Both the position numbers and the translations under genes were made by a program. A stretch of 42,040 bases of DNA from assembly GCA_045647085.1 (NCBI GenBank), contig JAZRLX010000201.1, positions 1 through 42,040 on the forward strand. Reading direction: 5' to 3'. Under the pieces are notes generated by a model, which saw nothing but the letters and a program-made list of their open reading frames with translations, was not told the origin of the DNA and ran no database searches. Below are positions 1-10,127 of this stretch, one piece after another (within the stretch, counting starts at the first letter, position 1; each line of letters begins with the position of its first letter). The DNA comes from Pilosibacter sp. (GTDB taxonomy: Bacteria > Bacillota > Clostridia > Lachnospirales > Lachnospiraceae).

Positions 1-46
1 TGAAAATGGTTCATTTTTCTGCAAGTAAAGAGAAAGTGAGAGTCTT

Positions 47-1291
47 ATGGAACTTAGAGTGATTGGTCAGAAAGCAAAGGATGCTTCTTTTCTGTTAGGA
101 AAGATGGGATCGTCAGAAAAGAATAAAGGATTACTGGCAGCGGCTCAGGAAATCTTAGATCAGCAGGATAAGATTTTAGCAGCCAATGCGATTGACATTG
201 AAAATGCGAAAGCCAAAGGAATGGCTCAGGGACTTGTTGACCGCCTTTTGTTAACATCCTCCAGAATTGATGGTGTTGTAGAAGGTATGCGTCAGGTTGT
301 TGGTCTGGAGGATCCAATCGGTGAAGTGATATCGATGAAACAGCGTCCGAACGGAATGATGGTTGGTCAGAAGCGAGTACCGCTTGGCGTTATCGGTATT
401 ATTTATGAAGCAAGACCGAATGTTACAGCAGATGCATTTGCTCTGTGCTTTAAGACCGGTAATGCAGTAATCTTACGTGGCGGAAGCGATGCGATCCATT
501 CTAATCAGGCGATTGTAGATGCCATCCGTGACGGATTAAAGAAGTGCGATATTCCGGAGGATGCGATCCAGCTTCTTTCCGATACCAGCCGTGAGACTGC
601 AACTGAGTTTATGAGACTGAATGGTTATCTGGATGTTTTGATCCCGCGAGGCGGAGCCGGTTTGATCCGTTCTGTGGTTCAGAACAGTACAGTTCCGGTT
701 ATTGAAACAGGTACAGGTAACTGTCATATTTACGTGGATGAGAGTGCAGATTTTGATATGGCTCTTGAGATTTTGTTCAATGCAAAAACACAGAGGATCG
801 GTGTCTGCAACGCTTGTGAGTCTACACTGATCCACAGAAGCATTGCCAATGCTTTCCTTCCACTGATGAAGGAACGTTTGGATGAAAAACAGGTGGAGAT
901 CCGTGCAGATGAAGACGCATGTGCGATCATTCCGGAGTTTGTTAAAGCGACAGAAGAGGACTGGGGAACAGAATATCTGGACTATATCATGTCATGTAAG
1001 ATCGTAGATTCTGTGGACGAGGCTATCGCTCACATCAATAAGTACAATACAGGACATTCTGAGGCGATCATTACATCCGATTATGACAACGCACAGAAGT
1101 TCTTGAATGAAGTAGATGCAGCAGCTGTTTATGTCAATGCTTCCACAAGATTTACAGACGGTTTTGAGTTTGGTTTTGGCGCGGAGATTGGTATCAGTAC
1201 ACAGAAACTTCATGCTCGCGGACCAATGGGATTGTTGGCACTGACATCTACAAAGTATATTATTTACGGTAACGGTCAGATCCGCAAATAA
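47..1291 (+). CDS. proA: gamma-glutamyl phosphate reductase (glutamate-5-semialdehyde dehydrogenase)
   Basis: 414 aa; [16 protein letters not shown], catalytic [38 protein letters not shown] signature. Confidence 0.97.
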   Translation: MELRVIGQKAKDASFLLGKMGSSEKNKGLLAAAQEILDQQDKILAANAIDIENAKAKGMAQGLVDRLLLTSSRIDGVVEGMRQVVGLEDPIGEVISMKQRPNGMMVGQKRVPLGVIGIIYEARPNVTADAFALCFKTGNAVILRGGSDAIHSNQAIVDAIRDGLKKCDIPEDAIQLLSDTSRETATEFMRLNGYLDVLIPRGGAGLIRSVVQNSTVPVIETGTGNCHIYVDESADFDMALEILFNAKTQRIGVCNACESTLIHRSIANAFLPLMKERLDEKQVEIRADEDACAIIPEFVKATEEDWGTEYLDYIMSCKIVDSVDEAIAHINKYNTGHSEAIITSDYDNAQKFLNEVDAAAVYVNASTRFTDGFEFGFGAEIGISTQKLHARGPMGLLALTSTKYIIYGNGQIRK

Positions 1292-1309
1292 TTTATATTG
1301 AAGAATTTT

Positions 1310-1351
1310 AGAGCTTTGTATTCTGCATGAATACAAGGCTCTTGCTTTTTT
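1310..1351 (+). terminator. intrinsic terminator after proA
   Basis: 14-bp stem AGAGCTTTGTATTC/GAATACAAGGCTCT followed by TGCTTTTTT. Confidence 0.75.
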
Positions 1352-1370
1352 GTTTCCGTGCGTTTATAAT
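1342..1370 (+). promoter_or_regulatory. sigma-A-type promoter for the miaB-mutSL operon
   Basis: TTGCTT-17 bp-TATAAT, overlapping the proA terminator. Confidence 0.6.
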
Positions 1371-1403
1371 ACTCGATAGAGTTTAAATTGGAGAAGTGTT
1401 GCT

Positions 1404-2834
1404 ATGAATATAAAAGAGATAAAAGCAATGGCTCCGGCGACTGAGCCGGCCAGACAAAAATATTTTATGGAGTTTGTTAAAGCAAGAATTACAGAGATTG
1501 CAGCGGAAAAAGGACGTCCGTTAACTTGCTTTATTTCCACCTTCGGATGCCAGATGAATGCACGTGATTCCGAGAAACTTCTTGGTATTTTACAGGAAGT
1601 TGGTTACGTGCAGGGCAAAGATGAAAATTCAGATTTTGTTCTTTACAATACATGTACGGTTCGTGAAAATGCGAACTTAAAAGTATATGGAAGACTCGGT
1701 TATCTGAATGGTGTCAAGAGAAAAAATCCGGATATGATGATCGCACTCTGCGGATGCATGATGCAGGAGCCGACGGTTGTTGAGAAGATCAAGAAAAGCT
1801 ATCGTCACGTTGATATTGTGTTTGGTACACACAATATTTTCAAACTCGCAGAGCTCTTATTTGACCGTCTCTATTCTAAGAAGATGGTTGTTGATATTTG
1901 GGAGGGAACTGACGCGATCGTGGAGGACCTTCCGATCGAGAGAAAGTATCCGTTTAAATCCGGCGTCAACATTATGTTTGGCTGTAACAATTTCTGCAGC
2001 TATTGTATCGTTCCGTATGTAAGAGGACGTGAAAGAAGCAGAAATCCGGAAGATATCGTGAAAGAGATCGAGGGACTTGTTGCTGATGGTGTTGTAGAGG
2101 TTATGCTTCTAGGACAGAACGTAAACTCCTATGGAAAGACATTAAAGAATCCGATTTCTTTTGCGGAACTTCTTCGCCGTATTGAGGCGATCGAAGGTCT
2201 GGAGAGAATTCGTTTTATGACTTCTCATCCGAAGGATCTTTCTGATGAGCTTATTGAAGTAATGAAGGACTCCAAGAAGATCTGTAAGCATTTCCACTTA
2301 CCGCTGCAGTCCGGAAGCAGCAGAATTTTAAATATTATGAACCGCAGATACACAAAGGAGCGTTATCTTGAATTAGTAGACAAGCTTCGTGCAGCGGTTC
2401 CGGGTATCGCACTTTCCACAGATATTATCGTTGGTTTCCCGGGAGAAACTGAAGAGGATTTCCAGGAGACTCTTGATGTGGTAAGAAAAGTGCGTTATGA
2501 AAGTGCATTTACATTCATTTACTCCAAACGTACAGGAACTCCGGCTGCTTCTATGGAAAATCAGGTTCCGGAAGATGTGGTAAAAGATCGTTTCGACCGT
2601 CTGTTAAAAGAGGTTCAGGATATTGCAGCGGAGGCAATTCTTCGCGATGAACATACGGTTCAGGATGTTCTGGTTGAAGATCTGGATACACATGAGCCTG
2701 GATTCGTAACCGGACGACTTTCTAATAACACAGTGGTTCATTTCAAGGGAGATGCTTCCTTGATCGGTAAAATTGTGAAGGTTTCCCTGGATGAAGCGAA
2801 AGGCTTCTACTTTATGGGAACTATGGTCGAGTAA
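1404..2834 (+). CDS. miaB: tRNA-2-methylthio-N6-dimethylallyladenosine synthase (radical SAM methylthiotransferase)
   Basis: TFGCQMN and NTCTVRENA UPF0004 motifs, CNNFCSYC radical SAM motif, RIRFMTSHP, C-terminal TRAM-like domain; linked to mutSL-miaA. Confidence 0.95.
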   Translation: MNIKEIKAMAPATEPARQKYFMEFVKARITEIAAEKGRPLTCFISTFGCQMNARDSEKLLGILQEVGYVQGKDENSDFVLYNTCTVRENANLKVYGRLGYLNGVKRKNPDMMIALCGCMMQEPTVVEKIKKSYRHVDIVFGTHNIFKLAELLFDRLYSKKMVVDIWEGTDAIVEDLPIERKYPFKSGVNIMFGCNNFCSYCIVPYVRGRERSRNPEDIVKEIEGLVADGVVEVMLLGQNVNSYGKTLKNPISFAELLRRIEAIEGLERIRFMTSHPKDLSDELIEVMKDSKKICKHFHLPLQSGSSRILNIMNRRYTKERYLELVDKLRAAVPGIALSTDIIVGFPGETEEDFQETLDVVRKVRYESAFTFIYSKRTGTPAASMENQVPEDVVKDRFDRLLKEVQDIAAEAILRDEHTVQDVLVEDLDTHEPGFVTGRLSNNTVVHFKGDASLIGKIVKVSLDEAKGFYFMGTMVE

Positions 2835-2846
2835 GCGAGGTAAAAC

Positions 2847-5495
2847 GTGGCACTGACACCAATGATGACACAATATCTCGAGACGAAACAGCAGCATCCA
2901 GACTGCATCTTATTTTATCGTCTCGGAGATTTTTATGAAATGTTCTTTGAAGACGCGAAAACCGTTGCCAGAGAACTGGAGATCACACTGACAGGAAAAG
3001 ACTGTGGACTTGAGGAACGCGCACCGATGTGTGGCGTTCCTTATCATGCTGTCGAAGGATATCTGGCGCGACTGGTTCAAAAAGGTTACAAAGTTGCGAT
3101 CGCAGAGCAGATGGAAGATCCTAAGATGGCAAAAGGACTCGTAAAACGTGAAGTCATCCGTATTGTGACTCCGGGTACGATCACCAGTGCACAGGCGCTT
3201 GATGAAACAAAAAACAATTACCTGATGGCAGTTGTTTATATTGGAAACAGTTACGGTATTGCTACGGTTGATATTACAACCGGTGATTTCTTTGTGACTG
3301 AAGTTGCCAGTGAACGCCTGTTTTTAGATGAGATTAATAAATTTACTCCTTCTGAGTTGATCTGTAACGAGGCTCTGATGATGTCCGGTCTCGATATCGA
3401 TGAGATGAAAAACAGATATCAGCTGACAGTCAGTGCATTGGACAGTCGATTCTTTTCCGATGACACATGCAGGAAAGTTTTGAAAGAGCACTTTAAGGTC
3501 ATGAGTCTGGAGGGGCTTGGTCTTGCAGACTATGAAAACGGTATGCTTGCCAGTGGTTGTGCGCTTCAGTATCTATATGAAACACAGAAGAATGATCTGT
3601 CTCATTTAACTACATTGACTCCGTATACGACCGGACAGTACATGATCATTGATACTTCTACCAGACGTAATCTGGAACTGGTAGAGACGCTTCGTGAAAA
3701 GCAGAAACGAGGATCTTTGCTCTGGGTACTGGATAAGACCAAGACTGCCATGGGTGCCAGAATGCTGCGCACCTTTATCGAGCAGCCTCTTGTGTCAAAA
3801 AGTGAGATTGAGCGACGTCAGACTGCGATTGAAGAACTGAATATGAATTTTATTTCCCGTGAGGAGATCAGAGAATATCTGAATGCCATCTATGATATGG
3901 AGCGTCTCATCGGACGTATCAGTTATAAAACTGCCAATCCAAGGGATCTTCTTGCATTTAAGAATTCTCTTGCAATGCTTCCGCATATTAAGAGTCTTCT
4001 TGGAGAATTTTCTTGTGATCTGTTGAAGAGCATTCACGATGATCTTGATACGCTTCAGGATCTGCATGATCTGATCGATCGATCCATCGTGGAAGAGCCG
4101 CCGATCACGGTTCGTGAAGGAAATATGATCAAAGACGGATACAGCGAAGAGGCAGACAAGTATCGTCAGGCAAAGACGGAAGGTAAGGGCTGGCTGGCTG
4201 CATTGGAAGCAGAGGAGCGCGATAAAACGGGTATTAAGAACCTTCGCGTGAAGTTCAACAAAGTATTCGGTTATTATTTTGAGGTAACAAACTCCTTTAA
4301 AGATCTGGTACCGGATTATTTTATTCGTAAGCAGACCCTGACCAATGCGGAGCGTTACACGACAGACCGCTTAAAAGAGCTGGAAGATGTGATCATGGGA
4401 GCAGAAGATCGTCTTTATACGTTGGAGTACGAGTTGTTCTGTGAAGTGCGTGATACGATTGCAGCTGAAGTGGTTCGTATTCAGAGTACAGCAAAGGCGA
4501 TCGCGGGAATTGATGTATTCACATCTCTTTCTGCAGTAGCAATGCGGAATAATTTTGTAAAACCCAAAATTAACGAAAAGGGAATCATCAATATCAAAAA
4601 CGGAAGACATCCGGTAGTTGAGAAGATGATCCGTGATGATATGTTTGTATCCAATGACACATATCTGGATAATGGTAAAAACAGAATTGCTGTTATTACC
4701 GGTCCTAACATGGCAGGTAAATCAACTTATATGAGACAGACTGCTTTGATCGTGCTCATGGCTCAGATCGGTAGTTTTGTGCCTGCGGATGAGGCGAATA
4801 TCGGAATTTGTGATCGTATTTTTACCAGAGTCGGTGCATCAGATGATCTGGCATCCGGTCAGAGTACCTTCATGGTGGAAATGACTGAGGTAGCCAATAT
4901 TCTCAGAAATGCGACAAAGAACAGCTTACTTGTATTGGATGAAATTGGTCGAGGAACCAGCACATTCGATGGTCTTTCCATTGCCTGGGCAGTGATCGAA
5001 CATATCAGTAATACAAAGCTCCTCGGAGCAAAGACATTGTTTGCAACGCATTATCATGAATTAACAGAACTGGAAGGTACGATCAGTGGTGTAAACAACT
5101 ATTGTATCGCGGTGAAAGAGCAGGGCGACGACATTGTATTCCTGCGTAAGATCGTAAAAGGCGGCGCTGACAAGAGTTATGGTATTCAGGTTGCAAAACT
5201 GGCGGGTGTACCGGATTCTGTCATTCGCAGAGCCAAAGAGCTGGTAGAAGAATTATCCAGTGCAGATATTACGGCTCACGCGAAGGAAATTGCAGAAATG
5301 TCAGCAAATGTGACGCAGAGAAAAGCAGTAGCGAAACCGGACGAAGTGGATCTGAATCAGTTATCCATTTTCGATACTGTGAAAGATGATGATATCATCA
5401 AAGAACTCGGTGAACTGGAGCTTTCGACCATGACACCGATCGATGCATTAAATACATTATATCGTCTGCAGACGAAGTTGAAAAATCGTTGGTAG
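2847..5495 (+). CDS. mutS: DNA mismatch repair protein MutS (GTG start)
   Basis: TPMMTQY, GDFYEMF mismatch-binding motif, TGPNMAGKST Walker A, DEIGRGT, FATHYHE, C-terminal QLSIF clamp motif. Confidence 0.98.
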   Translation: MALTPMMTQYLETKQQHPDCILFYRLGDFYEMFFEDAKTVARELEITLTGKDCGLEERAPMCGVPYHAVEGYLARLVQKGYKVAIAEQMEDPKMAKGLVKREVIRIVTPGTITSAQALDETKNNYLMAVVYIGNSYGIATVDITTGDFFVTEVASERLFLDEINKFTPSELICNEALMMSGLDIDEMKNRYQLTVSALDSRFFSDDTCRKVLKEHFKVMSLEGLGLADYENGMLASGCALQYLYETQKNDLSHLTTLTPYTTGQYMIIDTSTRRNLELVETLREKQKRGSLLWVLDKTKTAMGARMLRTFIEQPLVSKSEIERRQTAIEELNMNFISREEIREYLNAIYDMERLIGRISYKTANPRDLLAFKNSLAMLPHIKSLLGEFSCDLLKSIHDDLDTLQDLHDLIDRSIVEEPPITVREGNMIKDGYSEEADKYRQAKTEGKGWLAALEAEERDKTGIKNLRVKFNKVFGYYFEVTNSFKDLVPDYFIRKQTLTNAERYTTDRLKELEDVIMGAEDRLYTLEYELFCEVRDTIAAEVVRIQSTAKAIAGIDVFTSLSAVAMRNNFVKPKINEKGIINIKNGRHPVVEKMIRDDMFVSNDTYLDNGKNRIAVITGPNMAGKSTYMRQTALIVLMAQIGSFVPADEANIGICDRIFTRVGASDDLASGQSTFMVEMTEVANILRNATKNSLLVLDEIGRGTSTFDGLSIAWAVIEHISNTKLLGAKTLFATHYHELTELEGTISGVNNYCIAVKEQGDDIVFLRKIVKGGADKSYGIQVAKLAGVPDSVIRRAKELVEELSSADITAHAKEIAEMSANVTQRKAVAKPDEVDLNQLSIFDTVKDDDIIKELGELELSTMTPIDALNTLYRLQTKLKNRW

Positions 5496-5528
5496 TCGAT
5501 CAGGCTATAGAAATGAAGAAAGGAGACC

Positions 5529-7511
5529 ATGGGAATGGCAATTCAGTTATTGGACCAGAATACGATCAACCAGATCGCTGCCGGTGAAGTAGTTGAACGT
5601 CCGGCTTCTGTTGTAAAAGAGTTGATGGAAAATGCGATTGATGCGGGGGCGACTGCAATTACCGTAGAAATCCGTGAAGGCGGTATCGGATTCATCCGTA
5701 TTACAGATAATGGATGCGGAATTCCGAAACAGGAATTATCTCTGGCATTTAAGCGTCATTCGACTAGTAAGATCCGTTCGGCTGAAGATCTTCTTACGGT
5801 TTCCTCTCTTGGTTTCCGAGGAGAGGCACTTTCCAGTATTGCGGCAGTGTCTCAGGTCGAACTGATAACAAAGACAGCGGACAGTCTGACCGGTTCTCGT
5901 TATCAGATTGAAGGCGGTGTGGAAAAAGGACTGGAGGAAGTTGGTGCTCCTGACGGAACCACATTTATTTCCAGAAACCTGTTTTTTAATGTGCCGGCCA
6001 GACGAAAATTCTTAAAGACAGCGCAGACGGAGGGATCCCATGTGGCGGATCTGGTTGAGAAGATCGCACTTTCTCATCCGGAGATTTCTATACGTTTGAT
6101 CGTTAATAATCAGAACAAATTACATACTTCAGGTAATCATAATCTGAAAGATATTATTTATACGATTTACGGAAGAGAGATCACAGCCAATCTCATTCCG
6201 TTAAAGATTGAACATGAGGTTGTTCGTGTGACCGGTTTTATCGGGAAACCGGTAATCGCACGCGGAAACCGTAACTTTGAAAATTATTTTATTAATGGCA
6301 GATATATTAAGAGTGCATTGATCTCCAAGGCCATCGAGGACGGATATAAGAGTTATATGATGCAGCACAAGTATCCGTTTACAATGCTTCATTTCGAGGT
6401 TGAGCCGGAATATATCGATGTGAATGTTCACCCGTCGAAAATGGAGCTTCGATTTAAAGATGGAGAGACGATGTACCGGGTGATCCAGCAGGCAATTGCG
6501 GAAGCACTTAGTGGAAAGGAACTGATCCCTCAGGTGACGCTTGGAAACGAGCGACAGTCAGAAGTAAAAGTTCTCGTTCCGGAATCCGTTGCGAAAAAAT
6601 TAGAAACTACAGTTTCCATGAAAAAAGAGGAACATCGTGCACCGGAACCGTTTGAGACTAGACGTCGAGAAGTACTTGGGATCAGTGAGTCGCGGGCACC
6701 TTATCCGGAGAAACCTAAAACTCCGGTTCCATCTTATGTGCAGTCTCCGAACAGACCGACTGTGAGACCTGTAAAATCTCATCAAGAATCTGAAAGCATT
6801 CTAAAGGATAAATTGTTCCAGAAGCCTGTGCAGGAACTAAATCAAGAGATAAAAGTGGTTCAAAAGCCAGAGCCAAAACCGGAACTGAAACAGATGGAAA
6901 TGTTTGACAACCGCCTGTTGTCAGAAAAAGCAAGATTTCGTCATCGTCTGATCGGTCAGTTATTTGATACATACTGGCTGGTTGAATTCAATGATAATCT
7001 ATATATTATCGATCAGCATGCGGCTCATGAAAAGGTATTGTTTGAGAAGAACTTTGCTTCTCTGAAGTCCAGAGAATATACCTCACAGTTTATTAGTCCG
7101 CCGATCATTTTGACGCTTTCCATGCAGGAAGAAGATCTCCTGAAGCGTCATATGAACATATTTACCGATATCGGATTTGAAATCGAGCATTTTGGCGGAA
7201 ATGAGTACGCAGTTCGGGCAGTTCCGGATAATCTCTTTTCGCTTGCGAAGAAAGAATTGCTTTTGGAAATGCTGGATGGTTTGACAGAAGAAAACATGGG
7301 AACTGCTTCTGAGACCATTTACAACCGAATTGCAACAATGTCCTGCAAGGCGGCAGTAAAAGGAAACCATCGTTTGACAGATCGAGAGGCAAATGAACTG
7401 ATCGATCAGCTGCTGCACTTGGATAATCCATATACTTGTCCTCACGGCAGACCGACGATCATTGCCATGAGCAAACATGAAATGGAAAAGAAATTTAAGA
7501 GGATTGTATAA
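5529..7511 (+). CDS. mutL: DNA mismatch repair endonuclease MutL
   Basis: NQIAAGEVVERPASVVKELMENAIDA, GFRGEAL, DQHAAHEKVLFE endonuclease motif, SCK, CPHGRP. Confidence 0.98.
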   Translation: MGMAIQLLDQNTINQIAAGEVVERPASVVKELMENAIDAGATAITVEIREGGIGFIRITDNGCGIPKQELSLAFKRHSTSKIRSAEDLLTVSSLGFRGEALSSIAAVSQVELITKTADSLTGSRYQIEGGVEKGLEEVGAPDGTTFISRNLFFNVPARRKFLKTAQTEGSHVADLVEKIALSHPEISIRLIVNNQNKLHTSGNHNLKDIIYTIYGREITANLIPLKIEHEVVRVTGFIGKPVIARGNRNFENYFINGRYIKSALISKAIEDGYKSYMMQHKYPFTMLHFEVEPEYIDVNVHPSKMELRFKDGETMYRVIQQAIAEALSGKELIPQVTLGNERQSEVKVLVPESVAKKLETTVSMKKEEHRAPEPFETRRREVLGISESRAPYPEKPKTPVPSYVQSPNRPTVRPVKSHQESESILKDKLFQKPVQELNQEIKVVQKPEPKPELKQMEMFDNRLLSEKARFRHRLIGQLFDTYWLVEFNDNLYIIDQHAAHEKVLFEKNFASLKSREYTSQFISPPIILTLSMQEEDLLKRHMNIFTDIGFEIEHFGGNEYAVRAVPDNLFSLAKKELLLEMLDGLTEENMGTASETIYNRIATMSCKAAVKGNHRLTDREANELIDQLLHLDNPYTCPHGRPTIIAMSKHEMEKKFKRIV

Positions 7512-8458
7512 TGAAACAGCCTTTGATTATATTAACCGGACCGACTGCGTCCGGAAAAACGGCACTGTCTGTAGAACTGGCAAAGAGGATCGGCGGTGAG
7601 ATCATTAGTGCGGATTCTATGCAAGTTTATCGTCATATGGACGTAGGTTCTGCAAAGGTGACGGTGGAAGAGATGGATGGTGTCCCTCATCATCTGATCG
7701 ATGTTTTAGATCCGCAAGATGCTTTTAATGTAGTTACATTCCAGGAAATGGCAAAAGAAGCGATGCAGAAAATCTACGCCAACGGTCACATTCCGATCGT
7801 GGCAGGAGGAACCGGATTCTACATTCAGGCATTATTATATGATATTGATTTTACAGACAATGATGGAGATATGGAGTATCGTCATCAGCTGGAAGAACTG
7901 GCCAACGACCAGGGAGCGGAAGTGCTTCACGCGATGCTTCGTGAGGTGGATCCTCCATCTGCAGAAGCAATTCACGCCAATAATGTAAAACGTGTGATCC
8001 GTGCACTGGAATTTTATAAGAAAACAGGTCAAAGAATCTCCGAGCACAATGAAGAGGAACGCCAAAAAGAGTCTCCTTACAATTTCGCATACTATGTTTT
8101 GAATATGGATCGTGCAACCCTTTACGAGCGAATTGATCTTCGTGTCGATAAAATGTTAGAAGCAGGACTTGAAGAAGAAGTCAAACATTTAAAAGCTATG
8201 GGTTGTACCAGAGACATGGTGTCCATGCAGGGGCTTGGATATAAAGAAATCCTGGATTACCTGAATGGAGAATTAAGTCTGGAGGAAGCGGTTTATATTT
8301 TAAAACGTGATACCAGACATTTTGCAAAGCGTCAGCTCACCTGGTTTAAACGAGAAAAAGAGGTGACCTGGGTAACGCAGGAGAACTTTGGATTTGATCG
8401 TGAGAGGATCCTTTGCTGGATGTTAGAGGATTTAAAAGAGCATGGGATTATAGAATAG
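7511..8458 (+). CDS. miaA: tRNA dimethylallyltransferase
   Basis: GPTASGKT, DSMQVY, GGTGFY, AKRQLTWF; TAATG overlap with mutL. Confidence 0.97.
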   Translation: MKQPLIILTGPTASGKTALSVELAKRIGGEIISADSMQVYRHMDVGSAKVTVEEMDGVPHHLIDVLDPQDAFNVVTFQEMAKEAMQKIYANGHIPIVAGGTGFYIQALLYDIDFTDNDGDMEYRHQLEELANDQGAEVLHAMLREVDPPSAEAIHANNVKRVIRALEFYKKTGQRISEHNEEERQKESPYNFAYYVLNMDRATLYERIDLRVDKMLEAGLEEEVKHLKAMGCTRDMVSMQGLGYKEILDYLNGELSLEEAVYILKRDTRHFAKRQLTWFKREKEVTWVTQENFGFDRERILCWMLEDLKEHGIIE

Positions 8459-8468
8459 GAGAAAAAGC

Positions 8469-9749
8469 ATGGATATGACAATGATGTACGGACAGCTTGG
8501 TATTTCTGAGAAAGTCCTGAACTATGCAAAAGAAGTAGAAGAGTCTTTAAAAGAACGATTCGCTGATATTGATGCTACAGCGGAATATAATCAGATAAAA
8601 GTGATCAAGGCAATGCAGGATGCACGTGTCAGCGATGTTCATTTTGCAGCGACAACCGGATATGGTTACAATGACCTTGGTCGTGATACATTGGAAGAAG
8701 TATATGCGAAAGCATTCCACGGAGAGGATGCATTAGTTCGTCCGCAGCTGATCTCCGGTACACATGCACTGACAGTTGCAATGTCCGGAAACTTAAGACC
8801 GGGAGATGAGATCCTTTCTCCGGTTGGTAAACCATATGATACATTAGAGGAAGTAATCGGAATCCGTGATTCCATCGGGTCACTGAAAGAATATGGTATT
8901 ACATATCGTCAGGTTGACCTTCTTCCGGACGGCAGCTTTGATTATGAAAATATCAAAAAAGCGATCAATGAAAAAACAAAATTGATCGAGATCCAGCGCT
9001 CAAAAGGATATGACACAAGACCGACATTATCTGTCAGCCAGATCGGAGAACTGATCTCCTTTATCAAAGGGATTAAACCGGATGTGATCTGCATGGTGGA
9101 TAACTGTTATGGTGAATTTGTTGAGACGATCGAACCGACAGATGTAGGAGCAGATATGATCGTCGGATCTCTGATCAAAAATCCGGGCGGAGGACTTGCA
9201 CCGATCGGCGGATATATTGTCGGAAGAAAAGACTGCATTGAACGTGCAGCGTACCGTCTGACAGCTCCGGGATTAGGTAAAGAAGTTGGTGCAACCCTGG
9301 GTGTAAGTCAGTCTTTATATCAGGGATTATTCCTTTCCCCGACTGTGGTGGCAGGTGCGGTAAAGGGTGCGATCTTTGCAGCGAATGTTTATGAGAAACT
9401 AGGATTTGCAGTTGTTCCGAATAGTACAGAGAGCCGTCATGATATCATTCAGGCGATTACCTTCGGAACAGCAGAAGGAGTGATCAAATTCTGTGAAGGT
9501 ATCCAGGCTGCAGCTCCGGTAGACAGCTATGTTGTACCGGAACCATGGGCAATGCCGGGATATGATTCGGATGTAATTATGGCAGCAGGTGCCTTTGTGC
9601 AGGGTTCTTCCATTGAACTTTCTGCAGATGCTCCGATCAAACCTCCGTATGCAGTGTATTTCCAGGGTGGTCTGACATGGTATCACGCAAAGCTTGGTAT
9701 CCTGATGTCCTTACAGAAGTTGCTGGATGCAGGTCTGATCACACTGTAA
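8469..9749 (+). CDS. YnbB-like PLP-dependent protein (methionine gamma-lyase / aluminium-resistance family)
   Basis: TTGYGYNDLGRD, ISGTHAL, VDNCYGEF, GSLIKNPGGG, QGSSIELSAD; usual position after miaA. Confidence 0.9.
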   Translation: MDMTMMYGQLGISEKVLNYAKEVEESLKERFADIDATAEYNQIKVIKAMQDARVSDVHFAATTGYGYNDLGRDTLEEVYAKAFHGEDALVRPQLISGTHALTVAMSGNLRPGDEILSPVGKPYDTLEEVIGIRDSIGSLKEYGITYRQVDLLPDGSFDYENIKKAINEKTKLIEIQRSKGYDTRPTLSVSQIGELISFIKGIKPDVICMVDNCYGEFVETIEPTDVGADMIVGSLIKNPGGGLAPIGGYIVGRKDCIERAAYRLTAPGLGKEVGATLGVSQSLYQGLFLSPTVVAGAVKGAIFAANVYEKLGFAVVPNSTESRHDIIQAITFGTAEGVIKFCEGIQAAAPVDSYVVPEPWAMPGYDSDVIMAAGAFVQGSSIELSADAPIKPPYAVYFQGGLTWYHAKLGILMSLQKLLDAGLITL

Positions 9750-9776
9750 GCAAATTGTGAAATATTTGTGCATGCG

Positions 9777-9805
9777 TTGTAAACAACTTTGAAACATGTT
9801 AGAAT
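9777..9805 (+). promoter_or_regulatory. sigma-A promoter with extended -10 for the cell-shape operon
   Basis: TTGTAA-17 bp-TG-n-TAGAAT upstream of the DUF4321 gene. Confidence 0.65.
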
Positions 9806-9820
9806 AGAGGTGTTGTAGTC

Positions 9821-10072
9821 ATGAGAAGTAAGAGCTCCTGGACATTACTGTTGCTGTTATTGTCAGGAATCGTGCTTGGCGGATTTATTGGAGAGATGGC
9901 AGCCGGTGTGCCTGGTTTCAGTTGGCTAAATTATGGAGAGGCATTTGGACTCAACAATCCGTTGGTACTGAACTTCGGAATTCTTGTCATTACATTTGGT
10001 CTGACGATCCGAATTACAATGGCAAGCATCATTGGCGTGATCATTGCCATTCTTGTGTATCGATTACTGTAA
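9821..10072 (+). CDS. small membrane protein, DUF4321-like
   Basis: 83 aa, hydrophobic; GGFIGE..WLNYG..FGL pattern; GAGGTG RBS; usual position before maf/radC in Clostridia. Confidence 0.8.
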   Translation: MRSKSSWTLLLLLLSGIVLGGFIGEMAAGVPGFSWLNYGEAFGLNNPLVLNFGILVITFGLTIRITMASIIGVIIAILVYRLL

Positions 10073-10127
10073 AAACATAGGACACACTGACAAAAGGTAC
10101 TTGGAGAGTCGAAAGGTCAGGTGTAGG

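Noticed and set aside
2-28. possible 3' end of an upstream CDS (ENGSFFCK-stop)
   Set aside because: Too short to identify; cannot be called proB or anything else.
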